This document shows positions 62,842 to 64,000 of a DNA stretch of 64,000 nucleotides, piece after piece; the first letter of the stretch is position 1; each line of letters opens with the position of its first letter. Made by a program: the position numbers and the translations under genes. Location: assembly GCA_963930185.1 (NCBI GenBank), contig CAWVLT010000047.1, positions 2,134 to 66,133 on the forward strand, in the 5' to 3' direction. This DNA comes from Coriobacteriia bacterium. GTDB lineage: Bacteria; Actinomycetota; Coriobacteriia; Coriobacteriales; UMGS124. The notes under the pieces are model-generated. The model worked only from the letters and a program-made list of their open reading frames with translations, was not told where the DNA came from and searched no databases.

Positions 62842-64000
62842 CTATTCCTCGGACTCGTGCTGTGCGACCAGCCGGGCGAGCTCTTGGCGACTGTGGGTGC
62901 CCAGCTTCCTGTACACGGACTGTATCTGAGCGCGGACTGTATTCTGGGAGACGAAGAGTCTTTGTGCCGTCTCTCCCGCTGACAGGCCGGATACGATGAG
63001 CTGAAGCACCTCTGTCTCTCGCTGCGTAAGCTCGTGCTGACTGGCAAGGGCTGCACATGCAGATGCGATGTCATGCTGAGACTCGCTCGGCATCTCCTTT
63101 GATGGCGGCTCCTGGCGTGAGGCGACGAACGCATCTCGCTCGATGCCGGGGTCCGCCCACTCTCCCACGACGACGAGGACCATAGCGACGAGCAGACAGG
63201 ACATGACGATAACGCAGAGCAGAAGCGGCTCGAGTGGCCATGCTTGGGCGAGGTGCGTTACGGAGTAGAACGCCGCCATGTACAGGGCGAGCCAGCCGCA
63301 AACCGCCTTGCCTGCGCCCTTGTCGCCGAGAAGCCCGTATCGGCAGCCTATGACCATAGTGAGAAACATCGTTGCCGAGTAGCTGAGCGTTCTGGAGAAC
63401 GACGTGAATGCGGGGCCAAAGCCCGAAGCGATGGAGGGAATCACCATGGCAAACTGCAAAAGCAAAGTGATGCAGACCAAGACTTTGAACAGGGGCGTAT
63501 GCCTAAAGAAGTGCCGGCAAACCGTCGCGAGCAGAAACATGACCAACGGTCCAAGCGTCCATATCGTCGTGTTGTCGCCAGGTAGGCAGAATAGCAACGC
63601 GTGGGCGGCGCAGCAAAGGAAGATGGTCATGGCGGTAAGCGCGATGGCCAGCGTGCCAACGCCTTTCTTGTCGTGTGATTCAGGCGGCGTGGTGTGCGCC
63701 GTTTCGGCGCTCTCGCCAACAAGTGAGAACCCCATTAGGACGGGAAGCAGAGCGGTGAGTATCGTGCGCATTTCGACAGGCAATACGATGAGACATGAGT
63801 ACACAATGTACTGAACGAGAAAGGAGAGTCCCACAACAGCGACAATGCCTTCAATTCGCCTAGGGGTGCAGTCTTCTCCCCATAGCCTGAATATAAACGC
63901 AATGTATAGATCTGTAAGCAGAGTGCATGCCAAAGAGAGCACGGCCGGAAGATCGGGAATGCAGCCAAGCGAATAGACCATAGTCGCGACTGCGCAGACG
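62842..64000 (-). CDS. Membrane-anchored LuxR-family transcriptional regulator, 5' end probably beyond the window
   Basis: The frame stays open from ATG 63981 to nt 63997. Multi-TM domain. HTH LTQRETEVLQLIVSGLSAGETAQRLFVSQNTVRAQIQSVYRKLGTHSRQEL. Confidence 0.8.
   Translation of the reverse strand, partial: VCAVATMVYSLGCIPDLPAVLSLACTLLTDLYIAFIFRLWGEDCTPRRIEGIVAVVGLSFLVQYIVYSCLIVLPVEMRTILTALLPVLMGFSLVGESAETAHTTPPESHDKKGVGTLAIALTAMTIFLCCAAHALLFCLPGDNTTIWTLGPLVMFLLATVCRHFFRHTPLFKVLVCITLLLQFAMVIPSIASGFGPAFTSFSRTLSYSATMFLTMVIGCRYGLLGDKGAGKAVCGWLALYMAAFYSVTHLAQAWPLEPLLLCVIVMSCLLVAMVLVVVGEWADPGIERDAFVASRQEPPSKEMPSESQHDIASACAALASQHELTQRETEVLQLIVSGLSAGETAQRLFVSQNTVRAQIQSVYRKLGTHSRQELARLVAQHESEE

Noticed and set aside
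1-64000. Mobile elements, prophage, CRISPR-Cas or rRNA operons
   Set aside because: I found no transposase, integrase/recombinase, phage structural, cas or rRNA-like sequence in any frame. The compositional islands are reported as findings, not as mobile-element features.

Overview
High-GC bacterial chromosome segment. A hand count of 46201-46260 gives 72% GC, and several AT-richer patches interrupt it. The gene content points to Actinobacteria, class Coriobacteriia (Eggerthellaceae-like). This is an inference from Tat-exported molybdopterin and flavin reductases paired with membrane-anchored LuxR regulators, not a database result.

Layout:
- 1-20 kb: housekeeping core. Kef-like antiporter, PrsA-like PPIase, two tRNA-Ser, pstC-pstA / pstS, rpsF-ssb-rpsR-(DUF2232)-rplI-dnaB, purA-purD, NUDIX, ABC exporter.
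- 14 kb: a 1-kb insert between dnaB and purA carrying an orphan Panacea (DUF4065) antitoxin-type gene.
- 21-31 kb: DMSO-reductase-family locus. dmsA-dmsB-torD-like genes sit on the minus strand. They diverge from a GNAT-fusion gene, a ThiT-like membrane protein, a DmsC-like anchor and a membrane LuxR regulator.
- 31-38 kb: orphan AAA-ATPase/PD-(D/E)XK gene, EEP phosphoesterase, Tat-flavoprotein reductase with a second membrane LuxR, pyridoxal kinase.
- 39-42 kb: two FKBP paralogues bracketing a 668-aa membrane/coiled-coil protein.
- 42.3 kb: a small double-glycine-leader zinc-ribbon peptide.
- 44.5-52.3 kb: HemN-like radical SAM gene, then an FHA / Ser-Thr kinase(DUF285) / PP2C / vWA / atypical kinase cluster. 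This is the most interesting candidate system: an expanded TerY-P (YegI/K/L-type) triad of unknown function.
- 52-64 kb: CDF transporter, secreted protein, decayed gene remnants, methyltransferase, SPFH-SHOCT + zinc-ribbon pair, frameshifted Tat-flavodoxin-like gene, purE, tyrosine phosphatase, standalone HIRAN protein, and a third membrane LuxR cut by the window edge.

No rRNA, CRISPR array, transposase or integrase was seen. Many long ORFs in the track are antisense shadow ORFs typical of high-GC DNA and were rejected. All family calls come from motif recognition by eye; no searches were run.
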